Of a stretch of 36,630 nucleotides of DNA, positions 8,305-15,919 are shown one piece after another. The translations under genes and the position numbers were made by a program. Numbering within the stretch: the stretch's first letter is position 1; each line of letters opens with the position of its first letter. The DNA lies in assembly GCA_046595575.1 (NCBI GenBank), contig JBKJOR010000048.1:1-36630 (forward strand), written 5' to 3'. The stretch comes from Pyrinomonadaceae bacterium. Its GTDB lineage: Bacteria > Acidobacteriota > Blastocatellia > Pyrinomonadales > Pyrinomonadaceae. Below the pieces are notes generated by a model. The model saw only the letters and a list, made by a program, of their open reading frames with translations. It was not told the DNA's origin and ran no database searches.

Positions 8305-9918
8305 TCAGCGTCTCTGCGTCTCTGCGGTTAATACTTCTCCGGCGGCGCGAAGTCCGTGATAGAACGCTTCTTCGAACAACGCGATGCCGCTCAGGTCTGT
8401 GTGTGCGAAGTGAATATTCCGCCACGGTCTTTTCGCCTTTTCCCGAATCCCACTCCAGATAAAATTCGGCCGTGGGCTGATCATCGCATGTCCCCATCGC
8501 ATTATATCGATCCGTTCGCAGAGATCGTGGATGTCCGGATGTGCACGGGCAATATCGGTCAGGCAAACATCGGCGAGTTCGCGCCAGGAGTAATTAAATA
8601 GTTTTGTCCGGCCGTCAGGCTCGTGACACATTGGGTAATAGTAAGTCAGTATCGTCGGACCGTAGTCAATGCCTTTTTGGTGAGTCGCATTTACGTATCC
8701 GAGTGACGGACTTTCATAAAGTACGTTATCCCACGAGAGGGGAAAGTCTCTCGCGAAGCGAGTTGCCGTCCTATCCCTCAAAAACAAATTCGCTACAAAC
8801 CACGCGTTGTGCTGAAACTCGCCGGCAGCAAATGGGGCGTTATCCGCAAAGCCGCGAATGATAAACGGTGCGGTAAATACGGGCGAGGCAAAAATAACTT
8901 TCTCACACCGAAACCCACGAAGTTCGCCGCCGTCGAGACAGATCACTTCAACACCATTCTCATACGGCACAATCGAAACAACCGCGCACGACTTTCGCAC
9001 CTTCTCTTTCACCCGGTCGAAAAGATGATTTACAAAGCGCCCGTTGCCTTCCGGAAAGGTGATGAACTTCTGTGACTCGTTGCCCGATGCGCGGACGCGC
9101 GCACAGAAGTAGAATAGTCCGGCCCACGCCGACGTTTGATCGAGCTTCAGACCATAATCATCGCGACATGCGTAATCGCAATACCAGGTCAAACGTTCGG
9201 ATGTGAAGCTGTTTTGCCTGAGCCAGTCAGCGAATGAGATCTTATCGAGCGCGGTAGCTTCCGCATCGTCCGAACAATTTGCAACCGGTACTACAAACGC
9301 TCGTCGCCCGCTCGCGTCGCCCCAGTTTACCCACTGGTCGACGAGCTTTTGAAACTCTGCGAATTGCCGCTTGTCATTTTCGTTCTCGCCGGCGTGAAGA
9401 TAGAGCCCGTCATACCATCTACCCTTGTAGAAGATCCTCTCTTCGGGTTCGCGACAGAGAAACTGTTCTTTGACAATGACGTCACCGATCGCATCTGTCC
9501 CTTCGGTTAGCGACATCTCATCGAGCAATGAGATCAGCTCAATATTTTCTCGGAACGGTACCGGCAAATAATGCGCTCCCCATGGATATCCGACCGGTGT
9601 TCCATGCCCACTCTGCGACGTTCCACCGACTTCCTTCGCGAGCTCGAGTAAGACGAAGTCATTAAAATTCTCATTCGTCAGTTTCCAAGCCGCAGACAGT
9701 CCCGCGACGCCGCCGCCAACTATCGCAACCTTTATCGTCTGCCAGTTGTTCTGAGGAACTTCGAAACTGCGTCCTTCGCGCAACAGGTGCCCGAGGTCCA
9801 CATTTTGCCCAACGATCTCACCCGCAGGGAATCTGCCCGGCGCAGTGTCGCCACACGCCACCATCGCAAACGGCGCGCCGAGGAAAGTGGTTAGCAGTTC
9901 TCTTCGTGAGAGTTTCAC
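8305..9918 (-). CDS. Tat-signal FAD/NAD(P)-binding oxidoreductase, flavin amine-oxidase-like
   Basis: GTG start. Twin-arginine motif MKLSRRELLTTFLGAPFAMVACG, with a possible lipobox Cys. Dinucleotide fold VAIVGGGVAGLSAAWKL. Confidence 0.8.
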   Translation of the reverse strand: MKLSRRELLTTFLGAPFAMVACGDTAPGRFPAGEIVGQNVDLGHLLREGRSFEVPQNNWQTIKVAIVGGGVAGLSAAWKLTNENFNDFVLLELAKEVGGTSQSGHGTPVGYPWGAHYLPVPFRENIELISLLDEMSLTEGTDAIGDVIVKEQFLCREPEERIFYKGRWYDGLYLHAGENENDKRQFAEFQKLVDQWVNWGDASGRRAFVVPVANCSDDAEATALDKISFADWLRQNSFTSERLTWYCDYACRDDYGLKLDQTSAWAGLFYFCARVRASGNESQKFITFPEGNGRFVNHLFDRVKEKVRKSCAVVSIVPYENGVEVICLDGGELRGFRCEKVIFASPVFTAPFIIRGFADNAPFAAGEFQHNAWFVANLFLRDRTATRFARDFPLSWDNVLYESPSLGYVNATHQKGIDYGPTILTYYYPMCHEPDGRTKLFNYSWRELADVCLTDIARAHPDIHDLCERIDIMRWGHAMISPRPNFIWSGIREKAKRPWRNIHFAHTDLSGIALFEEAFYHGLRAAGEVLTAETQRR

Positions 9919-10359
9919 TTTTCGGAATAACTGATAACTGATAAGTGATAACTGATAAGGCTATTCATTCTTACGGGCCGTTTTCAATGATGTGATCAGG
10001 AGCTTTTGCAGTTCTTCGCAGTCGGTTAGCAAAGATTCTGCCTGAGACAAGGTAATGCGTTCCGAATCTCGCAAAAGTCTTAAGAGGAAGTTTGTCTTGA
10101 AAGCTTCTTTATTAGCGACGGAAAACTTCTGAATGAAGTCCGGGCGATTCTCTCCTTGTTTTCCTTCCTCGATCAGGAGTCCGATGTTCGTTCCTGAATC
10201 CAGAGTCTTTCTCGAAAGCACGAATTCCTTCTTTCATTACTCAAGTATTCACTCAGCTTCACGATCCGAAGCGCAAATTTGTACGACTTCTCTTGCAGTA
10301 TGTCCATGGGAGACCTCCGTTATCAGCTATTAGTTATCACATATCAGTTATTCCGAAAA
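9919..10359. mobile_element. 441-bp cassette with ~42-bp imperfect terminal inverted repeats of (ATAACTG/ATAAGTG)-type simple sequence, carrying a four-helix-bundle gene
   Basis: ttttcggaataactgata (9919-9936) is the perfect reverse complement of tatcagttattccgaaaa (10342-10359). The arms continue with related gataac/gataag units. The cassette fills the entire gap between two operon genes. Confidence 0.55.
9961..10307 (-). pseudogene. Four-helix-bundle protein (23S rRNA intervening-sequence protein family), frameshifted
   Basis: ATG at 10307 with GGAGG upstream encodes MDILQEKSYKFALRIVKLSEYLSNE. The family sequence then continues in another frame as KKEFVLSRKTLDSGTNIGLLIEEG...KTARKNE (ORF 9961-10221). 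The frame change is at about 10225-10240. Confidence 0.7.
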
Positions 10360-10361
10360 CG

Positions 10362-11879
10362 TCATTCAAATCTTCTCCATTCGGTTTCGTAATAATGAAC
10401 CAGGGCCTGGTTGTCCAGACGATTGATCTCGATATCGTCGGGCCGTGTCATGTCGGACGGGAATTCAAACATTGATGCGAAGGAGTTCGAACTAAGGAAC
10501 TTTAGCTCTACGTTTGGCGTCGGTTGCGACGGCGGATCGAATGGCTGTTGTTTGGCAAGTGCGTAGCCCCACACGCCAAAGCTCGGCACGGTAGTCTGAT
10601 ACGGCTTTACGTGAAACCCGGTAGCTTCCAGCGTTTTGATTATCGACCAGTACGAGTTGCGTGCAATGAGTGGAGAAGTGCACTGGATAACGACGGTCGA
10701 ATCGGGGTTCAACTTCGCCTTCAGTAATTTGTAGAAGCGCGTCGTGTAAAGCTTGCCGAGCGCGTAATTGTTCGGATCCGGAAAATCGACGATGGCGATA
10801 TCGAACGGCGCTAGTTCAGGGTTGTCGAGCCATACAAACGCGTCGGCGTTCGCAACCGAAACGCGCGGATCATCATAGGCTGCATGGTTAAGTTCTGAGA
10901 GCGCGGGGAGCGCCTTTGAAAGTCCGGTCATCATAGGATCGAGATCGACAAGCTGAACCGTCTCGACGGAGGGGTATTTCAGGATCTCGCGAAGAGCGAG
11001 GCCATCGCCGCCGCCTAGTACAAGCACTCGCTTCGGTTCGCCTTCGAACGCGGCAAATGCCGGGTGAACGAGAGCTTCGTGGTATCGATATTCATCAAAC
11101 GAATTGAACTGCAGGTTACCGTTCAAAAAAAGAGAGTAACCGGTCTTCCCCTTCGTCACTACGATCCGCTGATAAGGCGAACTCTTTGCGTAGATGATGT
11201 TGTCGGGAAAGAGAGCATCTTCGGCTAGAGTAGTAAGACTGTCCGCCTTGATGAACGCGATCAGCAGCAGGACGATAACGATCACACCTTTGATTCGAAA
11301 GATGATCACGTTGCGTTTGATCAAAGGCTCAAGCAGCCACGTAGCCCAGACAGCGACGACAGCGTTCAGCATTCCAAAGAGCAGCGACGTCCGGTTAAGA
11401 CCGAGCTTTGGAACCAGGAAGATCGGGAACAGCAAACTAGCCACGAGTGCTCCGACATAATCCAAGGCAAGCACACGAGAAACGAGTGTTTTGAAATCGA
11501 GTTCGTCTTTGAGGATCCGCATGAGCAGCGGTATCTCGAGACCCACGAGCGTCCCGATCAGGAAGACCATCGAATATAGGACGATCTGAAAATATGAAAT
11601 ATGCGCGAACGTAAGGAATAGGAGTGGCGCGCTGAATCCACCGAGTACGGCGACGGCGAGCTCGATATCGACGAACTTTTCGGCAATGTGTTTTTCGATA
11701 TACTGCGACAGCCACGAGCCGACGCCCATCGCAAAAAGGTAGATGCCGATGATGAGGGAAAACTGCGTCACCGAATCGCCGAGCACATAGCTTGAAAGCG
11801 TTCCGGCAAGAAGCTCATAGATCAAGCCGCACGTGGCAATGATGATGACGTTGAGGAAAAGTAGCGGGGTTCGATTCAT
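10362..11879 (-). CDS. speE: Polyamine aminopropyltransferase (spermidine-synthase-like) fused to an N-terminal polytopic membrane domain
   Basis: About seven hydrophobic helices in the first ~200 aa. C-terminal SpeE core: YQRIVVTK, YHEALVHPA, VLVLGGGDGLALRE, VQLVDLDP, IAIVDFPDP. Confidence 0.85.
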   Translation of the reverse strand: MNRTPLLFLNVIIIATCGLIYELLAGTLSSYVLGDSVTQFSLIIGIYLFAMGVGSWLSQYIEKHIAEKFVDIELAVAVLGGFSAPLLFLTFAHISYFQIVLYSMVFLIGTLVGLEIPLLMRILKDELDFKTLVSRVLALDYVGALVASLLFPIFLVPKLGLNRTSLLFGMLNAVVAVWATWLLEPLIKRNVIIFRIKGVIVIVLLLIAFIKADSLTTLAEDALFPDNIIYAKSSPYQRIVVTKGKTGYSLFLNGNLQFNSFDEYRYHEALVHPAFAAFEGEPKRVLVLGGGDGLALREILKYPSVETVQLVDLDPMMTGLSKALPALSELNHAAYDDPRVSVANADAFVWLDNPELAPFDIAIVDFPDPNNYALGKLYTTRFYKLLKAKLNPDSTVVIQCTSPLIARNSYWSIIKTLEATGFHVKPYQTTVPSFGVWGYALAKQQPFDPPSQPTPNVELKFLSSNSFASMFEFPSDMTRPDDIEINRLDNQALVHYYETEWRRFE

Positions 11880-11880
11880 A

Positions 11881-11951
11881 AAGGATAAAGGCTGAAGGAT
11901 AAAGGATAAGGTAAGGCTGAGTTTATCCTTTATCCCTTATCCTTTATCCTT
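11881..11951. repeat. Low-complexity (AAGGATAAAGG)n palindromic hairpin between speE-like and DUF350 genes
   Basis: ggataaaggataagg (11897-11911) is perfectly complementary to ccttatcctttatcc (11935-11949). Flanking units allow alternative register pairing. Confidence 0.7.
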
Positions 11952-11955
11952 TCGA

Positions 11956-12204
11956 TCAGCCCTGGATCGCCGCGGCGATAATTATCGCGATGCCGATCAT
12001 GATCGAACCGATGACGATGCCAAGCGCCGTATTTTGATCTTCTTCGATCTCTTTCTTGATCGGGTAGATAAGTCCGAGAATTCCATAAGTAACGGCAAAG
12101 ATCACGACGCCGATAAAAACGAAGATCAATGTCGTGACCAGCGTTTCAAGCAGTTGGTCGAGTTTAACGACGAGAGCAAATGGGACAAATAAGTTCATCA
12201 GCAT
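11956..12204 (-). CDS. DUF350 (YjfL-like) small membrane protein
   Basis: 82 aa with hydrophobic helices and a central KKEIEEDQNTALGIVIGSIMIGIAIIIAAAI block, as I recall for DUF350. The ATG directly abuts the upstream stop (TAAATG). Confidence 0.65.
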   Translation of the reverse strand: MLMNLFVPFALVVKLDQLLETLVTTLIFVFIGVVIFAVTYGILGLIYPIKKEIEEDQNTALGIVIGSIMIGIAIIIAAAIQG

Positions 12205-12354
12205 TTATTTTCCTCCGCGAAAACCTGTGTAGATAAACGGCACGCCGAGACGCGAACGGCTGCCGGAATTGGCGAGCTCCCAACCAAACCATGCCGCTGC
12301 GCCATACGTCAGCAGAACGCCGATTCCGAAAATTAGATAGAGTTTTTTCAACAT
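12205..12354 (-). CDS. 49-aa single-pass membrane peptide with Gly/Arg-rich tail
   Basis: MLKKLYLIFGIGVLLTYGAAAWFGW...FRGGK. The start is uncertain: ATG at 12354, or TTG at 12405 abutting the upstream stop. Confidence 0.45.
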   Translation of the reverse strand: MLKKLYLIFGIGVLLTYGAAAWFGWELANSGSRSRLGVPFIYTGFRGGK

Positions 12355-12405
12355 ATAAAATGCTCGAGTTGACGGTCGTTTGCAGACCGACCGGCTTCTT
12401 TCCAA

Positions 12406-14340
12406 TCATTCATCCGAACTGCTCGTATTGAACATGCTATCTTTCCATCGACGCGATTCGAAAGAGATCTTTCTAAATAACCCAAGCACGGGGACAACAA
12501 GGAGTACAAAAAACGCACACAGAAAATTAACTCCGCGATTCACGTTTTGCTCGACTTTTAGCGAAACCGGTATCGCAGTTTGCCAATCTTGCCAGGTACC
12601 TTCGACACGCAATGTATATTTTCCGGCGGGCAAAGCTGAGAGCGTCGCGTCCTGTTCCTTTGATCCCTCTGTCCAACTGCCGTCGCTATCCGAGCCGAAA
12701 TAATACTCGATCGGAATACTTACAGATTCGACTTCCTGGCTTTGGTCGTTCACCAGATCGACGTCAAGTTCCGCGAACGAATTGCTGACGGGTGCCGACG
12801 CGCTGATCCGAATATTGCGGTTGCCCTTTATTTCGAATGGCTGGCTGAATGCGATCTGCGGGGCGGTAGCACTGGTCATCGGCGGTAGGCTGACCTCTTG
12901 CGACAGAACGGTGTTCGTAAATCCGGCGATCGGGATCATGAAGACCGCCACGACGACCAGCAGTAGCAGGGGCAACAGTCCCCATGTGTAATAGAACCTG
13001 CCGGTGAATGGCTGATTAGGGGCTACGGACCAGGGCTTTGGCAGATCCTTCGCACCGAACGCCTTTTCGATCTCGGCATTCGTCATGTAGTTTCCGAGCG
13101 ACCAATTGATCTCGTTCTCCGTCGATTCCTGCGAAAGCATCAGCGGAGCGGAAATGTAATCGATTGCCCTTACGGTTTCACCCTGTTCGACGCGCCAGTA
13201 GAACTCGCCCTTTACATACTGAACGACCGCCGGAGCATCCTGAAAGATCTTGAACGTCGTCCCGTTATAGGTCGCCGAGCGGGCACCGAGGATGTTCGCA
13301 TCGGCGCTTACTTCTGCGGGATTCAAAGGCTCAACGAAATTCCAATGATTGTCCGAGTGCACGAGCCATCGGAATCCGATCGTCGGATTGTAGAGTAGAT
13401 ACTCGTGCCAGTAATATGTCTCGCCCTCGATCGTTACGCTGCGAACGACGGCGCCGATTATCTTAAATTTTCGGTCGTCCTTGAAAACTCCTTCGGCCCC
13501 GATCTGAAGAACGAAACTTGTATCTGCGGCAGTCGGTATCAACGATTTCAGATAACTTAGATTGCCTTGATTTACATCGAGTAAAGAATCGCAATTTGGA
13601 CACGTCACGCGTTCGGCTTTGTCCGGTGCCGTGAGTGAGAGCGGGCCGCCGCAGTTTGGGCAACCCATCGCCGCAGTCGAAGTGCGTCTGGCAGCGCGTT
13701 CCGCGGGGCGCGCATCCGCCAACCCGATGTCAGCTAGCGAAACTTGCTGGCCGATAAAAATCCACGGCGGATCCAAGCTGTAGTCGATTGTGCCGAATGC
13801 GTTATCTACTCCGGACAGGTCAGCGTACGAACTCTGTTCGTTGGGTGTCAGCTGATATGGAATCTCACCGGCGGCGGCGACGGTCGTAGCGACGCTTTTC
13901 TCGATGACCATCAGCGGCGTCGGACTGGGGATCTCAGTGACCGTCTGCCCTACCTGAAGCTGGTCGAAGGACGGAATCAATGTACCCTGCGGCAGCGGTT
14001 GGTAGAACGTCAGGTAGAAATTGCCCTGTGCTTCGGCGAGCCAGCCGACCCAACCGTTCGAAAATGTCGCGTACCATTCATCCCAATTTCCGCCGAGCTC
14101 ATGACGAAGCTGTGCTCTGCCAGTAAGCTCGAATCGAGCTCCTTTGAATTCGCCTTTCAACCCAAGCTCTAATGGGGATTGTGATTCGACTATTTCAGCG
14201 ACCTTCCCGAGATCCTGAAGCCCACGGTCATTCCGAGCGATCGCCGAACGGCAGAATGGGCACACGAGCACGATCGTCGAACCCGCTTTAAATTCAATCG
14301 GCGCGGCGCACGAAGGGCAATTTCCCTGAAGAACGCTCAA
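12406..14340 (-). CDS. Large Zn-ribbon / repeated DUF4178-like protein with two C-terminal TM helices flanking a ~150-aa beta-rich domain
   Basis: CPSC...CPFC and CPNCGG...CPNCDS ribbons, each followed by W/Y-rich blocks (WDEWYATFSNGWVGWL; YYWHEYLLYNPTIGFRWLV; FYWRVEQGE). TMs are LLPLLLLVVVAVFMIPIAGF and FLCAFFVLLVVPVLGLF. The TTG start overlaps the speH stop (TTGA). Confidence 0.7.
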   Translation of the reverse strand: MSVLQGNCPSCAAPIEFKAGSTIVLVCPFCRSAIARNDRGLQDLGKVAEIVESQSPLELGLKGEFKGARFELTGRAQLRHELGGNWDEWYATFSNGWVGWLAEAQGNFYLTFYQPLPQGTLIPSFDQLQVGQTVTEIPSPTPLMVIEKSVATTVAAAGEIPYQLTPNEQSSYADLSGVDNAFGTIDYSLDPPWIFIGQQVSLADIGLADARPAERAARRTSTAAMGCPNCGGPLSLTAPDKAERVTCPNCDSLLDVNQGNLSYLKSLIPTAADTSFVLQIGAEGVFKDDRKFKIIGAVVRSVTIEGETYYWHEYLLYNPTIGFRWLVHSDNHWNFVEPLNPAEVSADANILGARSATYNGTTFKIFQDAPAVVQYVKGEFYWRVEQGETVRAIDYISAPLMLSQESTENEINWSLGNYMTNAEIEKAFGAKDLPKPWSVAPNQPFTGRFYYTWGLLPLLLLVVVAVFMIPIAGFTNTVLSQEVSLPPMTSATAPQIAFSQPFEIKGNRNIRISASAPVSNSFAELDVDLVNDQSQEVESVSIPIEYYFGSDSDGSWTEGSKEQDATLSALPAGKYTLRVEGTWQDWQTAIPVSLKVEQNVNRGVNFLCAFFVLLVVPVLGLFRKISFESRRWKDSMFNTSSSDE

Positions 14341-14819
14341 GCTTCACCTCCGGCGGTTTGCGATCTCCGGTGGGAAGCTTTAGATTTCCGGTCTGGGATT
14401 TGAGATCTTAAATTTGAAATTTCAGACTTCTGGTTTGAGATTTGAAATTGCAAATTTGAACTTTCAGATCGCAAGCTCGAATCACCGCGTTCGATCTTCG
14501 ATACTGTAACCGTCGCGGCACCGATGAGCTCTTTAAGGTTCGACTCCCAATCCCATTCGGGTCGCGTCCGGCAACAGTAGAGATTGAAGGTCGCTGTTCC
14601 GTGTTCGGGGTACGTATGACAGGCCAGGTGCGATTCGGTGAGGGCTATCAGCCCGGTGACACCGCCTTCGCCGGGAAACGTGTGCCAAATTGAATCGATC
14701 GCTTTCAGACTAAGATCCGTGACGACGCGATGAAAGATCTCACGCATCAGCGATTCGTCGCGCAGACTTGCCTGGTTGCACCCTGTCGCCTCGATCAGCC
14801 ATTCGGTTCCAACGATCAT
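14337..14819 (-). CDS. speH: S-adenosylmethionine decarboxylase proenzyme (small bacterial SpeH/SpeD class) with a repeat-encoded C-terminal tail
   Basis: Self-processing and active-site block LIALTESHLACHTYPEHGTATFNLYCC. The core ends near KIERGD (about aa 113). The remaining ~47 aa (SNLQFQISNQKSEISNLRSQI...) are encoded by the simple repeat at 14381-14470. Confidence 0.85.
   Translation of the reverse strand: MIVGTEWLIEATGCNQASLRDESLMREIFHRVVTDLSLKAIDSIWHTFPGEGGVTGLIALTESHLACHTYPEHGTATFNLYCCRTRPEWDWESNLKELIGAATVTVSKIERGDSSLRSESSNLQFQISNQKSEISNLRSQIPDRKSKASHRRSQTAGGEA
14381..14470. repeat. TTTGAGAT/TTTGAAAT-type simple repeat tract read through in frame by speH
   Basis: gggatttgagatc, aaatttgaaatttcag, ggtttgagatttgaaattgcaaatttgaactttcag. 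Contains the local palindromes gaaatttc and caaatttg. Confidence 0.6.
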
Positions 14820-14840
14820 CGGGTAGTCAACTTCTCTTTA

Positions 14841-14880
14841 ACTCGAAAATTGAAATTTTGAACCTTTCGGTTTGGGATTC
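14841..14880. repeat. Second copy of the same simple-repeat family, upstream of speH in the divergent intergenic region
   Basis: cgaaaattgaaattttgaacctttcggtttgggattc resembles gaaattgcaaatttgaactttcag (14443-14466) together with ttccggtctgggattt (14386-14401). Confidence 0.5.
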
Positions 14881-14891
14881 TATACTTGGTG

Positions 14892-15851
14892 ATGATGTCG
14901 AACAAAACTATAGCGAAATTTGCCTTCATTGTCATTTTGTTCGGCGGCTCGGTCGCGTTCGCGACTTCGTGCTCGCATACTTCTTCGAACACCCGGTACC
15001 TGGTAGACGCGGCGGCTATGTCGCCTGATTATGACAAGCCCGTTATCGTTGGACGGATACAGTCGGACGAGATCACCGAAAGCAGCGGCGTTGCTGCTTC
15101 ACTCTGTCAGTCTGGCGTCCTCTGGACGCATAACGATTCGGGTGATGATGCATTCATCTTCGCGATCAACATGAAGGGCGATCACCTCGGCACCTGGCGA
15201 GTTTCCGGCGCACGCAATCGCGACTGGGAAGACATCGCCGCTTTCAAAGACGGGTCAGGTACCTGCTACCTGTACATCGGCGACATCGGCAACAATAAGG
15301 GCGAGCGTGCGGAGCAGACAGTTTATCGCGTCAAGGAGCCGCCAGCCTCGGCCGACTCTTCCAAAACAAACAAAAAGAGTCCGGGACAAACAGAACCCTC
15401 GGAAGCTCTTGTCTTTAAATATCCGGATCAGCTTCACGACGCTGAGACTCTGCTGGTGCAGCCTAAAAACGGGAATCTATACATTCTGACAAAACGTATT
15501 GACGGCCCCTCGATCGTATTCAAGATCATGCCGCTCTTCGCTGGTTCGGAAACGGTCTATGCCGAGCGTGTTGCCGAGGTTTCTTTACCCGCCGTTCCGA
15601 ATGGACTCTTGACAGGCGGTGCCATTTCGCAGGACGCAATGCATGTGGTCTTGTGTGATTATTCCGCGGCGTACGTGTTGGATATCGGAACCTTACAGAA
15701 CTTCGATGACGTATGGAAGGGGAAACCCGTCGTGGTCGATCTTGGCGATCGAAAGCAAGGTGAAGCGGTTACGTTCAGCGCGGACGGACGATCGATAATC
15801 GCGACAAGCGAAAGAAAGCACTCGCCCGTGACCGAAGTAAAAAAGAAATAG
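14892..15851 (+). CDS. Secreted hypothetical protein, probably a beta-propeller (SdiA-regulated/phytase-like fold guess)
   Basis: Signal-like start MSNKTIAKFAFIVILFGGSVAFA. Motifs ITESSGVAAS, LWTHNDSGDD, DWEDIA, YLYIGDIGNN. Start ambiguous (TTG 14886, GTG 14889, ATG 14892 or 14895). Confidence 0.65.
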   Translation: MMSNKTIAKFAFIVILFGGSVAFATSCSHTSSNTRYLVDAAAMSPDYDKPVIVGRIQSDEITESSGVAASLCQSGVLWTHNDSGDDAFIFAINMKGDHLGTWRVSGARNRDWEDIAAFKDGSGTCYLYIGDIGNNKGERAEQTVYRVKEPPASADSSKTNKKSPGQTEPSEALVFKYPDQLHDAETLLVQPKNGNLYILTKRIDGPSIVFKIMPLFAGSETVYAERVAEVSLPAVPNGLLTGGAISQDAMHVVLCDYSAAYVLDIGTLQNFDDVWKGKPVVVDLGDRKQGEAVTFSADGRSIIATSERKHSPVTEVKKK

Positions 15852-15919
15852 ACGCCCCAAAATAAGAAACCGACGCCGATTTCTACGACGCCGGTTCTCC
15901 TAATTTACTGACTCGGCCC

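Noticed and set aside
9925-9960. Short tandem units (ctgataa / gtgataa) that could be mistaken for a CRISPR-like or satellite array.
   Set aside because: The units are only 7-8 bp, there are no spacers, and the region totals about 40 bp. It is better explained as one terminal inverted repeat of the four-helix-bundle cassette.
15852-15919. A possible bidirectional terminator between the convergent genes (agaaaccg...cggttct with a bulge, and a direct gacgcc repeat).
   Set aside because: The stem is short and bulged, and no clear T-tract lies on either strand. The support is too weak to report as a feature.
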